Shown here piece by piece: positions 26,853 to 37,253 of a stretch of 64,000 nt of DNA. Below the pieces are notes generated by a model that saw nothing but the letters and a program-made list of their open reading frames with translations, did no database searches and was not told where the DNA came from. How positions within the stretch are numbered: position 1 is the stretch's first letter; each line of letters begins with the position of its first letter. Location: the IMG/VR virus record IMGVR_UViG_3300044645_002359, positions 137,261 to 201,260 of that record. One strand, 5' to 3'. The translations under genes were made by a program, and so were the position numbers.

Positions 26853-28129
26853 GGCGCTGCTCGAAAGGAAAAAGCTGCGGAGGAACTTGCATCAACCGCA
26901 ACGTTAAATGCAGAGCCACTTTGTCTCCGAAAGTATCAAAGCAGGTTGAGGAAGCGGGCGACATCTTCCTCCGTTTGGTTAACGAGGATAAAAAACCGAG
27001 TTTGATTGTACAAAGGCTGATTGACGCCTTAGGGTTGGGCCCACTAACTCAAAGAGAAGTTGGCAATGACTTTCCCGTCTTAAAGAGGGAGGCAGAACGC
27101 CAACTCGCTGAGTTGCGCAGCCAACCCTCTATGACAGATGAGGAGATTGATCGGGCCAAACGACTTGAAATGGCTCTTATGGATGCTTGGGAAAAGCATA
27201 CTAAGGCCGACCGCATGGTACTCTACGATCGACAGGACGCTCGAGAGTTTGACCATGATTTCATTCCTACCGACAAATTCGGCAAAGATTATGACTGGTC
27301 TCAGTCTTACGAATCTGGTGCCAAAGGTTTGGGCTCAGGAAGCTACGGAAACGTTATGCTCTCTAAACCACCACCGGCTCTTGTAGTGAAGAGAGGAGAA
27401 GTGAGTGAAAGTGAGGTTAAAATTCTAGAAAAGTTAAACGGTAAAGACATTTCTCCGAAGTTCGTTTCAGCGGAGGTCAACAAATACACCGTTATGGCGC
27501 GAGAAGGGGATATAGAATTCTACGAAGGAAGAATTGCAATGACACGGGTTCCGGGTAAAGCCGTAGAAGATTTTGATGACAATGATCCCGCATACGGGAC
27601 GAAGGTCGGAAGTACAACTCTTGGAGACGCTTATTTTCTTCTTCGTAGGAGACTTCACGAAAGCGGAGTTGCCCATAATGACTCTCACATAGAAAATGTC
27701 ATTGTAGATAATAAGGGGAAAGCACGCTTCATTGATTTCGGGCTTTCTCAGGACGACCCTAGAGCAGCTCTATCAGAGGCCATTGGCATACTTGCAGATC
27801 GAAAATTGCTTCCTCAAGGTGTTGTACTAAAACGAGTTTTAGATGATTTTTCCGGGGACCGAAAAGGAAGGAAATATAAAGCTTACACCCAACCCATAAA
27901 AGACCTTCTTAAGGGTGGCACCAATACCAACCTCGAAAAGGTTGTTCGTAATCGCACTAAAGTATACGCAGAGCTTGCAAAGCTAGGTTTATCCAAGGAT
28001 GAGATAGCTGAGCTTGTGGTTCATGAGTTAAACCAGCCCATCAGCTCCTACAACAAAGGTGCCTGGTCCAAAGTAAGCAAAAAAGATGCAATGCGGATTA
28101 TCCCCCTACTCTACGAAGGCGTAAATTAA
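26849..28129 (+). CDS. protein kinase-like enzyme with N-terminal 4-Cys module
   Basis: GLGSGSYG Gly-loop, VVK, E in SEVKIL, catalytic HNDSHIEN, IDFG; GAGGAG RBS. Confidence 0.8.
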   Translation: MRRCSKGKSCGGTCINRNVKCRATLSPKVSKQVEEAGDIFLRLVNEDKKPSLIVQRLIDALGLGPLTQREVGNDFPVLKREAERQLAELRSQPSMTDEEIDRAKRLEMALMDAWEKHTKADRMVLYDRQDAREFDHDFIPTDKFGKDYDWSQSYESGAKGLGSGSYGNVMLSKPPPALVVKRGEVSESEVKILEKLNGKDISPKFVSAEVNKYTVMAREGDIEFYEGRIAMTRVPGKAVEDFDDNDPAYGTKVGSTTLGDAYFLLRRRLHESGVAHNDSHIENVIVDNKGKARFIDFGLSQDDPRAALSEAIGILADRKLLPQGVVLKRVLDDFSGDRKGRKYKAYTQPIKDLLKGGTNTNLEKVVRNRTKVYAELAKLGLSKDEIAELVVHELNQPISSYNKGAWSKVSKKDAMRIIPLLYEGVN

Positions 28130-28290
28130 TGAAAAATGATCAAAAGTATTTGGAGCTAATGGCTCTCTACAAAAAAGTTCGAGGTAACCCGGATAAAATT
28201 AAACAAGCAGACAAAGTGTTGGATGCGGCTCTGAAACTTGGTAAGAGTGGTGTGAGTCCAGACGCAAAAGAAGCAGCGAGATACCTCTGA
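28129..28290 (+). CDS. small hypothetical protein (53 aa), absent from the ORF track
   Basis: MKNDQKYLELMALYKKVRGNPDK...AARYL*, TAATG-coupled to the kinase. Confidence 0.6.
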   Translation: MKNDQKYLELMALYKKVRGNPDKIKQADKVLDAALKLGKSGVSPDAKEAARYL

Positions 28291-28293
28291 GTC

Positions 28294-28304
28294 GGGGTAA
28301 AGAT
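28294..28304 (+). promoter_or_regulatory. putative late promoter box
   Basis: GGGGTAAAGAT; GGG 48 nt before ATG 28343. Confidence 0.5.
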
Positions 28305-28342
28305 TAGGGTGCCCTTGCACACAGTCTTAAGCTCTTTAGCAA

Positions 28343-31300
28343 ATGTCAGCAAAACGAATAATCCTGAAGCGTTCTTCAATCGCAGGAAAGCGTCCAACTT
28401 CAGAAAACCTCTCTCCCGGCGAACTCGGACTAAATACGAATAGCGTAGAACCGGGCATTTTCTTCGAAGCAACCGACGGTCAGATAGTCAAAGCGGGTCC
28501 TCCTGCTGTACTGCCTTACTCTCCAACCAACTTTCCTGAAAAGGGGGAATTGTGGTACGACCTGGAAGACGGAACCCTAAATGTAGGCGACGCTGAGAAA
28601 CACTGGCGCACCGTAGCCGCTCCTTTCTTAGGGGGCGGAGGAAGCGTAGTATTTGTCGCGCCCGAGTTTGAGTACTCAACGGACTCTCTAAGGAATGACG
28701 GGCAAGCTCTGCCCTTCCAAACTCTAACCCGTGCAATACTTGAATTATCCAAAATATATATAAGCCGCGTTTTAACTGGCTTTTCAACTTCGGATGAGAG
28801 CAACCGCTACACAATTTTCCTATCGTCCTCAGTAATTACAGCGAACAACGGCCCAGGAGTCAGCCTTAACGACTTCACCGTAAATTTTTCCTCTTCAACA
28901 GAAACAGCGGTCACAATTCCACAACTCCAGCAGTTTAACCCTGTTGAAGGGGGTATTATGGTACCTTTCGGTATTTCCATCCGGGGCTTGGATCTGAAAA
29001 AGTGTATAATTTCTCCCTCTTACGTTCCAACTTACTTAAACCCTTCCTTCCCTCCAGCTTCTCAGGGTGTAGACCAACCCCTGAGTTCAATCCTTAAGTG
29101 TGGAGGAAATGTTCTAGCCAACGACTTTTCTGTTATTGATAAGTTGAGATCGAGAGTAGTAATTTCAGTATCGGATAAAAATGGCCTAGCCGTCTTTGAC
29201 TCAGAAAGACCCCATTGCCTCGGCTTCAACGATCTTGTATCCGTTAATTTTGAGCCCACCGTAGATCAGAGCACTGGAACTTTCACTGCTGGAAATTACT
29301 ACGCGATACCACTAAACACTTATAGTTTCTACCTTTCCTACGGCTCTCAAACTGAAAATCCTGCAGCGGAATACGTTCCATTCGCAGCTTTGCCACTTTC
29401 AGGTTCTGGTAAAACTCCTAAACTTTTAGTGACAAACACACTCAAGTCGTCTCACAGGTTGAAAGTTTTTGAAAATGCTACTCTGGCAGACATTGGCGAT
29501 TACTTCACAAAAGTACAAAGAGCTTTTCCAGACTTCTTTGGTGGCAGAGTTACAGAGGGTTCTAGTATAGTAAACAGCGGAGACTACGTAATTGTGGGTC
29601 CGGTTGATACTTATCCAAATAACGAAGGGTCCAACACAACTAAAAACTCGTCTTTCTACGCAAATCAAGTTAACTTGAGATCTGAATACGGAATGAATTG
29701 GGGAGACTTTGATGGCTCCATAGTTTCCGGATTCAAGTCAGTGATCGCGAATGCTTGCACAGCGATTTCTCTTCAAAATGATCCTTGTGTGTACGAAATT
29801 TACACAACGTTGGTGAACCCTGCTACCGGACTCCCTGAGCAAAAGTGGTGGAATTTAACCGAAGCAAAGTTCTTGTCCACTCCTGTCGAACTTCGCCCCT
29901 CTTCAATAGCCGATGTTCCTGTTCCTGAACAGCTCTCTCTACTCAACTCAACACCCATAAACAACATACGCTACTATTACAAGAACCTGACTGAACCTGG
30001 AGGGGCAAGCATAGGAATTGTTGACATTGAAAGAGATTTCCGGCACTTCGGGTTCAGAGTAAGGAACGGTGCCTACGGCCAATTCCAATCGGTTTACAGC
30101 ATTGGACCCGCAATCGGTGTTTGGGCCTTGAATGGTGGTATTTGTAGCTTAACAAATAGTACGACAAACTTCGGATCAGTTGCCTTTAAGACCGAAGGTT
30201 TCCTTGGAATTAACACCATTGGAGGGGCAAAGCCCAACGGAAAGGGTTTCGTTTTAGAGGGTGTTCAAAGACCTTTGGCGCTTCTGAAGTCACAAGTAGA
30301 GAGCCAAGATAATAAGAAAATTCTTTCTCTCGGTGGCAAAATCTCCTCTATCTACATCGACCCTGAGGACCCGAACATACAAATTTTAGGGTTAAACTCG
30401 GACTTCTTACCTTGCTATTTGTTGCCTTATTCATTGGCACCTGGCACTGCACTATGGGTAGAAACTGAGTCTTGTACCTACAGGGGTTTTCTAGCCACAG
30501 ATGGCGGTCCCACAATTATAACAGGTTTGGGAGACCCCATCAATTTCGCTAAGATTAGACTCAGATCTTCAGACAGCACTATTCCGAATGACGAAGGTCT
30601 TCTTCCAGTCTTGGGGGTTCCTTACATTAGAAGATTTATAGACCCGCGACTTGACTTTGAGAGGTCTTACAGTCTTTTTATTCGTAACACCCTTCCAAAC
30701 GCAATCGCGCCCCAAGTCGGTTCAGTTCTGCGCCTAAACCAAACTAGCCAGCAACTGGGGTCTGTTTCATTGAGGCCCAACGTACAATTTGACCCTGGAA
30801 TCTTGGGGGGATGGGGAAGAATTTTTACAGTCGACGCAACCGAGACCGGTGGGCAAGGCTCTTCCCCCCAATTCAACTACGTTATAGGAGACAGCAACCA
30901 AGACCTTACCTATTACGTTGCTATTACGACCACGGATTACAGTCGTCCCTGGGGGCAAGGTCCGAACTTTGATCTTCCCGCCGGTTCTTACACAACGTAC
31001 AGGAATAGAAATTGGTACTCAGCCGAAAACAACCTATGGGGTTGTGTTTATTACGGAGATGCTTCTAGTTTCACTGATAGCTTCGGACCTTTCTCAGTCG
31101 CTCCTGTCGAATCTTGCTCACCCTTCGTAGATACGAGTGTTTTAGAGAGGCAAGACAGAGTCTCAGAGACTTTTCAAGGTTCTTATGCTGCGGATTCCTA
31201 CCTAGCCTTGGAAGGTTATCTGGAACAAACATATTTTAGGGGGGCAACAGAGCCTTACCCAACTTACTCCTCTCAGAATGTATACGATGGAGACGATAGC

Positions 31301-33112
31301 ACCGAAGGGTTAGGATTATGTTTGAAAGACTTGGCGGACGGCGAAGTAACTTACACCGTTTCAGAATTGGTAGAGATACAGTCAGAGCAACAGGCGACTT
31401 TGACTCCAGTTCCGCAAAGATACCGTCCCGCAATAGTAGAGTTCTCCGTTCTATCCTCGGTAAACATTGAAAACCCTCGTCAAACAGCTTCCGTCCTGAG
31501 ACTCAGCTCTGTGTCAGGAGTTGAATACATTCGAGTGATAAATCTGAATGGAACCGTTGTTCGAGGTATTCGTTTAACCTATGAAAATGGCTACTACCCC
31601 ACAACTTTACCAGGGAACGATTGGCCTCAACAAACCACAGTAACAGTTTGCAGTACAAATCCAATCCCTCAGACCGAACTTTACGATCCTGACTGGATAA
31701 ACACGAAGAGGGCCGTATACCGATTCTTCGAAGTTATGGGATACTCTCAAAGCGTCATGAAGCCTTATCTTACCCCGAAGTACTGGGGTGAACGTTTACT
31801 ATCGGTACTCTCTTTAACCGGAAATCTTCCGATTAACGGGTATGCATTGACGACAGATAAGTGGCCCCTTGAGTTTAACCAGCCCTCGATTGTAATTGCA
31901 AACACTCACACTTGGGCTTACGCAGGGTACTACAATTATTCTCGTGGTCTCCCTGAGTTCCAGAGTAACGATTTCACGAGAAAGTTAGCCACGGACTACC
32001 AAGCTACAACTACATGGAGCGGAAGACTTACGGTAACAGGGGTGAACGACAAGGGAGAAATTGTACAGTTTGGTCCTCAGCGTCAGGCTCTCACTGCGAA
32101 CTATTACGAATCTACTGCTCCAATTGTAAACCCGAGCAATCAGCAAATCTATGAAGAACAACCTTATGTTGAATTCCCCTCACAAGTTGTTGTTTACTCT
32201 GCCGACGACTTCTCGTCAAGTTTCGATGGCTCTCAATCAACTTTCGATTTAACTCGCAGTGGTTTAGCAATTCCTCCGGATCAGCTGCTTGCAGAGTCAA
32301 TGTTAGTGACACTCGGTGCTTCCGTTCAAAAACCTTACCAAGACTACATACTTATTGGGAACAGAATTCAATTCACAACTCCCCCCGTAGCCGGTTTGTC
32401 GAGCAACGTTCGAATCATAACTAGCGTTGACTCAAGCCGAACTCTAACGGTCGCTACATTAGCTTTCGTTGAAACCTTCGATGGGGCAAGAACTACTTTC
32501 ACTGCTAATATTCCGTCTGATCCGGCTTCTCTGATCCCTTTGGAGATCACTGCTAACAACACTTTCGTTTTCTTGGGTGGCGTTGAGCAAATTCCTCTCT
32601 CAAATGTGAACCCTTCTCTACCGTTCTCGTACTCGGTAGAAAGAACTTCTCCAACGACAGTTCAATTCTCTTTCACAGGTGTACCTCCTACGGGCACTAC
32701 TCTCGACGTGAGAGCTATTTGTTCTGGCTCCTACTGGTCTCTACGTTCAACTTTCCCTGTGGAAGTTTATTCCCTCGATGACATCAGCAGTGAATTTAAT
32801 GGGGCTCAGACCTCTTTCACTCTGAAGTATGGGGGGAAAGTTGTAAACGCAGCGACTGTAACTGCTGATAACCTTCTGCTAAGCTTAGGGGGCGCCGTTC
32901 AGATTCCGGGAGTTTCTTACACAGTTGAAAACTCAGTTCTAACCTTCTTGGATTCCACGGATGCCCCTCAGCCCGATACTCTTGTGAACTTGAGGGTAAT
33001 TACAAACGCCGAATTCATTTTCTGCCCAAACCAGGGTAAGTATGGAAGCAGCTTTTTGCGTTGGGGTCCTGGCATAGTCCTGACGTTGGCTAACGAAGCA
33101 GGCCTGCTGTGA
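28343..33112 (+). CDS. long tail fibre/virion structural protein (1589 aa)
   Basis: RIILKRSSIAGKRPT...GELGLN anchor domain; beta-helix-like core paralogous to the next gene; C-terminal DD.SS.F[DN]G...F Ig-like repeats. Confidence 0.7.
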   Translation: MSAKRIILKRSSIAGKRPTSENLSPGELGLNTNSVEPGIFFEATDGQIVKAGPPAVLPYSPTNFPEKGELWYDLEDGTLNVGDAEKHWRTVAAPFLGGGGSVVFVAPEFEYSTDSLRNDGQALPFQTLTRAILELSKIYISRVLTGFSTSDESNRYTIFLSSSVITANNGPGVSLNDFTVNFSSSTETAVTIPQLQQFNPVEGGIMVPFGISIRGLDLKKCIISPSYVPTYLNPSFPPASQGVDQPLSSILKCGGNVLANDFSVIDKLRSRVVISVSDKNGLAVFDSERPHCLGFNDLVSVNFEPTVDQSTGTFTAGNYYAIPLNTYSFYLSYGSQTENPAAEYVPFAALPLSGSGKTPKLLVTNTLKSSHRLKVFENATLADIGDYFTKVQRAFPDFFGGRVTEGSSIVNSGDYVIVGPVDTYPNNEGSNTTKNSSFYANQVNLRSEYGMNWGDFDGSIVSGFKSVIANACTAISLQNDPCVYEIYTTLVNPATGLPEQKWWNLTEAKFLSTPVELRPSSIADVPVPEQLSLLNSTPINNIRYYYKNLTEPGGASIGIVDIERDFRHFGFRVRNGAYGQFQSVYSIGPAIGVWALNGGICSLTNSTTNFGSVAFKTEGFLGINTIGGAKPNGKGFVLEGVQRPLALLKSQVESQDNKKILSLGGKISSIYIDPEDPNIQILGLNSDFLPCYLLPYSLAPGTALWVETESCTYRGFLATDGGPTIITGLGDPINFAKIRLRSSDSTIPNDEGLLPVLGVPYIRRFIDPRLDFERSYSLFIRNTLPNAIAPQVGSVLRLNQTSQQLGSVSLRPNVQFDPGILGGWGRIFTVDATETGGQGSSPQFNYVIGDSNQDLTYYVAITTTDYSRPWGQGPNFDLPAGSYTTYRNRNWYSAENNLWGCVYYGDASSFTDSFGPFSVAPVESCSPFVDTSVLERQDRVSETFQGSYAADSYLALEGYLEQTYFRGATEPYPTYSSQNVYDGDDSTEGLGLCLKDLADGEVTYTVSELVEIQSEQQATLTPVPQRYRPAIVEFSVLSSVNIENPRQTASVLRLSSVSGVEYIRVINLNGTVVRGIRLTYENGYYPTTLPGNDWPQQTTVTVCSTNPIPQTELYDPDWINTKRAVYRFFEVMGYSQSVMKPYLTPKYWGERLLSVLSLTGNLPINGYALTTDKWPLEFNQPSIVIANTHTWAYAGYYNYSRGLPEFQSNDFTRKLATDYQATTTWSGRLTVTGVNDKGEIVQFGPQRQALTANYYESTAPIVNPSNQQIYEEQPYVEFPSQVVVYSADDFSSSFDGSQSTFDLTRSGLAIPPDQLLAESMLVTLGASVQKPYQDYILIGNRIQFTTPPVAGLSSNVRIITSVDSSRTLTVATLAFVETFDGARTTFTANIPSDPASLIPLEITANNTFVFLGGVEQIPLSNVNPSLPFSYSVERTSPTTVQFSFTGVPPTGTTLDVRAICSGSYWSLRSTFPVEVYSLDDISSEFNGAQTSFTLKYGGKVVNAATVTADNLLLSLGGAVQIPGVSYTVENSVLTFLDSTDAPQPDTLVNLRVITNAEFIFCPNQGKYGSSFLRWGPGIVLTLANEAGLL

Positions 33113-33116
33113 TTAA

Positions 33117-33127
33117 AGGGTAAAGTT
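33117..33127 (+). promoter_or_regulatory. putative late promoter box
   Basis: AGGGTAAAGTT; GGG 36 nt before GTG 33154. Confidence 0.6.
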
Positions 33128-33153
33128 CACTATATACGTTAGTTCTGAAAACA

Positions 33154-36100
33154 GTGTCATTAACTAGAGCTCAACTACTAATGGGAGACAGCGGCCAAGG
33201 CCCTGTTTTACCCGGACAAGTCCAAGGGGTTAAAGCAGGAGCCGGTGTCAATATTGCCTTAGACGGCACCATCACCTTCAACTCCTCTTCGGCGACCGGA
33301 GTTGTAAGGACAAATAACCCTGCTGCATATAACTCCTACGTTTGGCCTGCTGCACCTATAAATGGTGGTCAGCTCTTCGTTAATTCCACCGGAATTCTAT
33401 CTTGGGGCAGGGTTCCCGGCTTCGGCTTGATGGAGGAAGGCATAGGCGCAGTTCACTTGAAGGCTGCCCTACCCGTTTCTGCGACTCCACCTACAATCGG
33501 GGCAGGGCTAGAGGATGCACCGGAAGGGGGTCTTTATTGGAATAGCGAGAGCAATCTCTTATTCATAAATTACGGGGGAATTTGGACTCAGGCGAGTTAC
33601 GGCCCTGCGGATTTAAATAAGGACCTTTTAACAGGAACGTACACTCTATACGTGAATCCCCAGATTGGAAGTGATATTTATGTGACCGGGATTTATGACC
33701 CTCTTGCAAATCCAGTAGTCACCAACCAAATGGCTACAGCGGGCTATACTGCTCAAAAACCTTTCAAAACCATTCAAAGGGCCGCACTAGAAGTAGCCAG
33801 GATTCAAAGTGGCTTAGGTCAGGATGCTCAGTCATTCGACCGTTTTGTGATTAAGTGTGCCGCAGGAGGGTTCGCAGTAGATAACGCTCTCGGTAGTTCG
33901 TCTGTTTCGGCCTGGGCGAACGACACCGTTCCTTCTGATGCCCAATTAAGGGCCATGAATAGCACTGGTTACCCTGGTATCATTCTGCCCAGAGGTGTAT
34001 CGGTAATTGGAGAGGATCTAAGGAAGACCATTATTAGGCCCTTGTATGTTCCCCCAAAAACGGGTAATATCGACACAGACCGTGGTTCCATCCTAAGGAT
34101 CACTGGTGGAGGGTTCTTCTTCAACTTCACTTTCAAGGACAAAGAAGGTTTGTCATCTAGTCACCACCTTCTTGATTGTTTTTCGTTCGTCTCTGAAGCA
34201 GACTTGGACGATTACTATGCAAAAGTTCAAACAATTTTTTCTCAGTCTTACCCGGACGTTCCTGTTAACCCTGGCGAAACAGAGATTGTTGCCCCTCAAC
34301 CACCAGGCACCCCTGAACAAGATACAGACGGAATCTTAGGAGCTTCCCCGTACATCTTCAACTGTTCTGTGCGTTCGGTTTACGGCCTTTGCGGAATAAA
34401 CGCAGATGGTGACGATGTAACTGGATTCAAATCCATGGTGACAGCCCAGTTTACTGGGGTTAGCTTGCAGAAAGACTTAAGCTGTTGGCAGAAATATAAT
34501 TCGGGTCCGAAAACTTGGACCAATACCATCGCCAATTATGATACATACATTGCGTTGGATCCGAATAATGTTAGGATGGATCCTACGAAAAGAAACTTTC
34601 ACATTAGGTCCATCAATGGAGCGTTCATACAGGAAGTTTCTGTATTTGCCATCGGACAAGGAATTCACCACTGGGTGAAATCTGGTGGTGAAGTTTCTAT
34701 CACAAACTCTAACAGTTCTTTCGGAGGCTGTGCTGCTTTAGCTGAGGGTTACAAAACAGAAGCATTTCCACAAGACTCGAACTGGAACGTTGCCACGATA
34801 AACTTGGCAACAAACATGACGGATCAAACTGCCGTCGTAAATAATATTTCTTTAGGTGTTGTAGATGCCGGAGTAGCAGATAATGCTATCACTATCACTC
34901 TGACCCAACCGCTAATAGACTCAGAGGTGTACCCCGGTGTTCCCCAAGTTCTTGCGTCAAAAAATTACACTTTCACTGATGGAAGCTACCTGTGGATTGA
35001 AAACCCGAACGGACCGGATTGGAGGGCGCCTTTATCCTCAGCAGCTTGGAGTTCCTCCAGCCCAACGGACATTGAAATTACTGTCCAAATGGAAAACCAA
35101 GATGGTGATTTCCCGGGAGTTGGAGGCAACCCTAGTTTAGAAGGTAGTAAGGTTTACATCCGCCGCCTTGTAGACAACCGCTCTTTGACTCAAAGACGAT
35201 ATAGCATTAATGTCACCAACACCGATAGCAACACTCGCACTCCTTTAAGGGACTATGTAATTCAAACTACCCTGGGCACTGGTGGTGGAGTCGTAGACTT
35301 GCTTCCTGAGTCGGACATGGTAATTGTAAACAAGTCGGGTCCCATCCCAATTGGAACAGACCCGGTTGTTAGGAAGGCTCAAATTATTCTGGAAAGAGCT
35401 AATCCTTCTAATGTTTGGACCGCAGGAAATTACTACAGATCAGGTGAAACGGTTAAGTATCAAAATAAACACTTCACCTGCGTAGTTAAGAACTCAGATG
35501 TTGTTTTTGACCTCGAAAAGTGGAGCCAATCGTATGTCCATATGCAATCGGACTACAACGCTTACGACTTTTTCGTCAATGTTGCTCCTGTAATTTATTT
35601 CGACAATGATACGGATGGTGACCAACCAACGACAAATTGCGGCTATGACTTGACTACATGTTGGTTCACTGACCCGAAGATTATTTCTCAGTACACAACA
35701 GCAACGGACTATAGAGGTGTTTATCAATTCCTGATTGGTATCGGTTTCACTGGCCCTGAAGCTACAGACCTTCTGCTACCCGTAGCAACTGCTGATAGGG
35801 AATTAAATCCTGCTTCTAATGTAGACATGAAGGGATATATCCCCGATGGAGCAGCAGACTTACTGTCAAACTGGCCCATTGAGTTCAGGCGCCCATCTGT
35901 TATACGAATGTTCGGTCATGCTTGGGAATGGGCGGGCTTCCTCAACTATACGAAAGCACTTCCCCGTTACCAAGGCGACTTGTCCCCGCAGAACCAGTTT
36001 ACTTATTACTTCACCAACGAACTTGGTGGTAGAGTTTACGCTACTGGCTTCAACCAAGAGGGGTACTTTGTAACTGCCGCTGGTTTGACTGATTTGAGTA

Positions 36101-36804
36101 CCAATGCGACACTAGGTGTGCAGGATCTTGGTAACCCATTCGCCGGGATTGATATTCCTACCTATTTCCCAGAACTTTCCGTAGGAAATTTGACAGTAAA
36201 TTCTGAGATATCTGGATCTCCGCTATTCTCACCAGGGTGGTATACGAACTTCCGTGTTGCTAGCCAGACTCAAACTGGAATAACCCGTTATGCTACCAAT
36301 GCTGAGACAGCCGCAGGTACTGCCACTGACTTAGCCATTTCTCCGGCAACATTGGCATCAGCTTCGCTATTAGAACCGGGCTTAGTCGTACAAGCAGCAT
36401 TCTCGTCCGCCCCGACTGGGAGGTTCCTGTATTGCAATGGGGCTCCAGCATCCAGAACAACTTATTCGGCCCTTTTCGCCAAAATCGGAACAACTTATGG
36501 CATTGGGGATGGGTCAACAACCTTTAATTTGCCTGACGGGAGGGGTTTGACTATTCGTGGTTGGGATGACGGCAGGGGGTTCGACCCTGGGAGGGTGTTC
36601 GGTTCCTATCAGGCAGACGGCATTCAGGCCCATACCCATTCTATATACAATAGTGATACTTCAACATTCCCTTATACTCCAGGGTACATATCCGCACTTT
36701 TAGGTACTCAAACGGGTTCTTTTGGAGAGGTAATCTCTTCATCATTCGGTGGAACTGAAACCAGAGTTAAGAGTATTGCATGGAAGTTTTTCATCTCCTA
36801 TTAA
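33154..36804 (+). CDS. long tail fibre with C-terminal tail-collar domain (1216 aa)
   Basis: APTGRFLYCNG...SRTTYSALFAKIGTTYG.GDGSTTFNLPD.RG..IRGWDDGRG.D..R.FGS.Q.D....HTH...ETR. Confidence 0.85.
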   Translation: MSLTRAQLLMGDSGQGPVLPGQVQGVKAGAGVNIALDGTITFNSSSATGVVRTNNPAAYNSYVWPAAPINGGQLFVNSTGILSWGRVPGFGLMEEGIGAVHLKAALPVSATPPTIGAGLEDAPEGGLYWNSESNLLFINYGGIWTQASYGPADLNKDLLTGTYTLYVNPQIGSDIYVTGIYDPLANPVVTNQMATAGYTAQKPFKTIQRAALEVARIQSGLGQDAQSFDRFVIKCAAGGFAVDNALGSSSVSAWANDTVPSDAQLRAMNSTGYPGIILPRGVSVIGEDLRKTIIRPLYVPPKTGNIDTDRGSILRITGGGFFFNFTFKDKEGLSSSHHLLDCFSFVSEADLDDYYAKVQTIFSQSYPDVPVNPGETEIVAPQPPGTPEQDTDGILGASPYIFNCSVRSVYGLCGINADGDDVTGFKSMVTAQFTGVSLQKDLSCWQKYNSGPKTWTNTIANYDTYIALDPNNVRMDPTKRNFHIRSINGAFIQEVSVFAIGQGIHHWVKSGGEVSITNSNSSFGGCAALAEGYKTEAFPQDSNWNVATINLATNMTDQTAVVNNISLGVVDAGVADNAITITLTQPLIDSEVYPGVPQVLASKNYTFTDGSYLWIENPNGPDWRAPLSSAAWSSSSPTDIEITVQMENQDGDFPGVGGNPSLEGSKVYIRRLVDNRSLTQRRYSINVTNTDSNTRTPLRDYVIQTTLGTGGGVVDLLPESDMVIVNKSGPIPIGTDPVVRKAQIILERANPSNVWTAGNYYRSGETVKYQNKHFTCVVKNSDVVFDLEKWSQSYVHMQSDYNAYDFFVNVAPVIYFDNDTDGDQPTTNCGYDLTTCWFTDPKIISQYTTATDYRGVYQFLIGIGFTGPEATDLLLPVATADRELNPASNVDMKGYIPDGAADLLSNWPIEFRRPSVIRMFGHAWEWAGFLNYTKALPRYQGDLSPQNQFTYYFTNELGGRVYATGFNQEGYFVTAAGLTDLSTNATLGVQDLGNPFAGIDIPTYFPELSVGNLTVNSEISGSPLFSPGWYTNFRVASQTQTGITRYATNAETAAGTATDLAISPATLASASLLEPGLVVQAAFSSAPTGRFLYCNGAPASRTTYSALFAKIGTTYGIGDGSTTFNLPDGRGLTIRGWDDGRGFDPGRVFGSYQADGIQAHTHSIYNSDTSTFPYTPGYISALLGTQTGSFGEVISSSFGGTETRVKSIAWKFFISY

Positions 36805-36808
36805 ACAA

Positions 36809-37156
36809 ATGCTCGTATACAACTACCACCCAACCCACGGGTATTATATCGATTCAGAAGACGCACCCCCATCCCCTGAGGAACCGGGTATTTGGCTTAT
36901 ACCACCGAATTCCACGACTGAGGAACCCCCTGAAACTAAAGACAATGAGGTAGCTTTTTGGTTGGGAAATGGATGGGTAATCAAGGAGGTGCCACCACAA
37001 AAAATTGAAAAAATTTGCCCCCTCCTACGACAACCTTGCATAAAAGAACTTTGCGAATGGTTTGTGCCGACTTATGACGAGCCAACTGTTAAATCGACTG
37101 CTAAATCAAGTGAAAGTACTGGGAAGTGTTCCGTTCTACTTTTATTGCCAACTTAA
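36809..37156 (+). CDS. tail fibre assembly chaperone-like protein
   Basis: VYNYHPTHGYYI......SPEEPG.WLIPPNSTTEEPP...W is a Tfa-like start; start moved to ATG 36809. Confidence 0.65.
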   Translation: MLVYNYHPTHGYYIDSEDAPPSPEEPGIWLIPPNSTTEEPPETKDNEVAFWLGNGWVIKEVPPQKIEKICPLLRQPCIKELCEWFVPTYDEPTVKSTAKSSESTGKCSVLLLLPT

Positions 37157-37208
37157 GCCCCTCTTTCTAATTATACTTAAGGCGTTATCGAAGGCCATTA
37201 AACTGGGG

Positions 37209-37219
37209 CGGGTATAACT
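37209..37219 (+). promoter_or_regulatory. putative late promoter box (GGGTATA variant)
   Basis: CGGGTATAACT; GGG 44 nt before ATG 37254. Confidence 0.5.
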
Positions 37220-37253
37220 CACTATAAGGACTGAAAACGAACTCTAAGTCACC

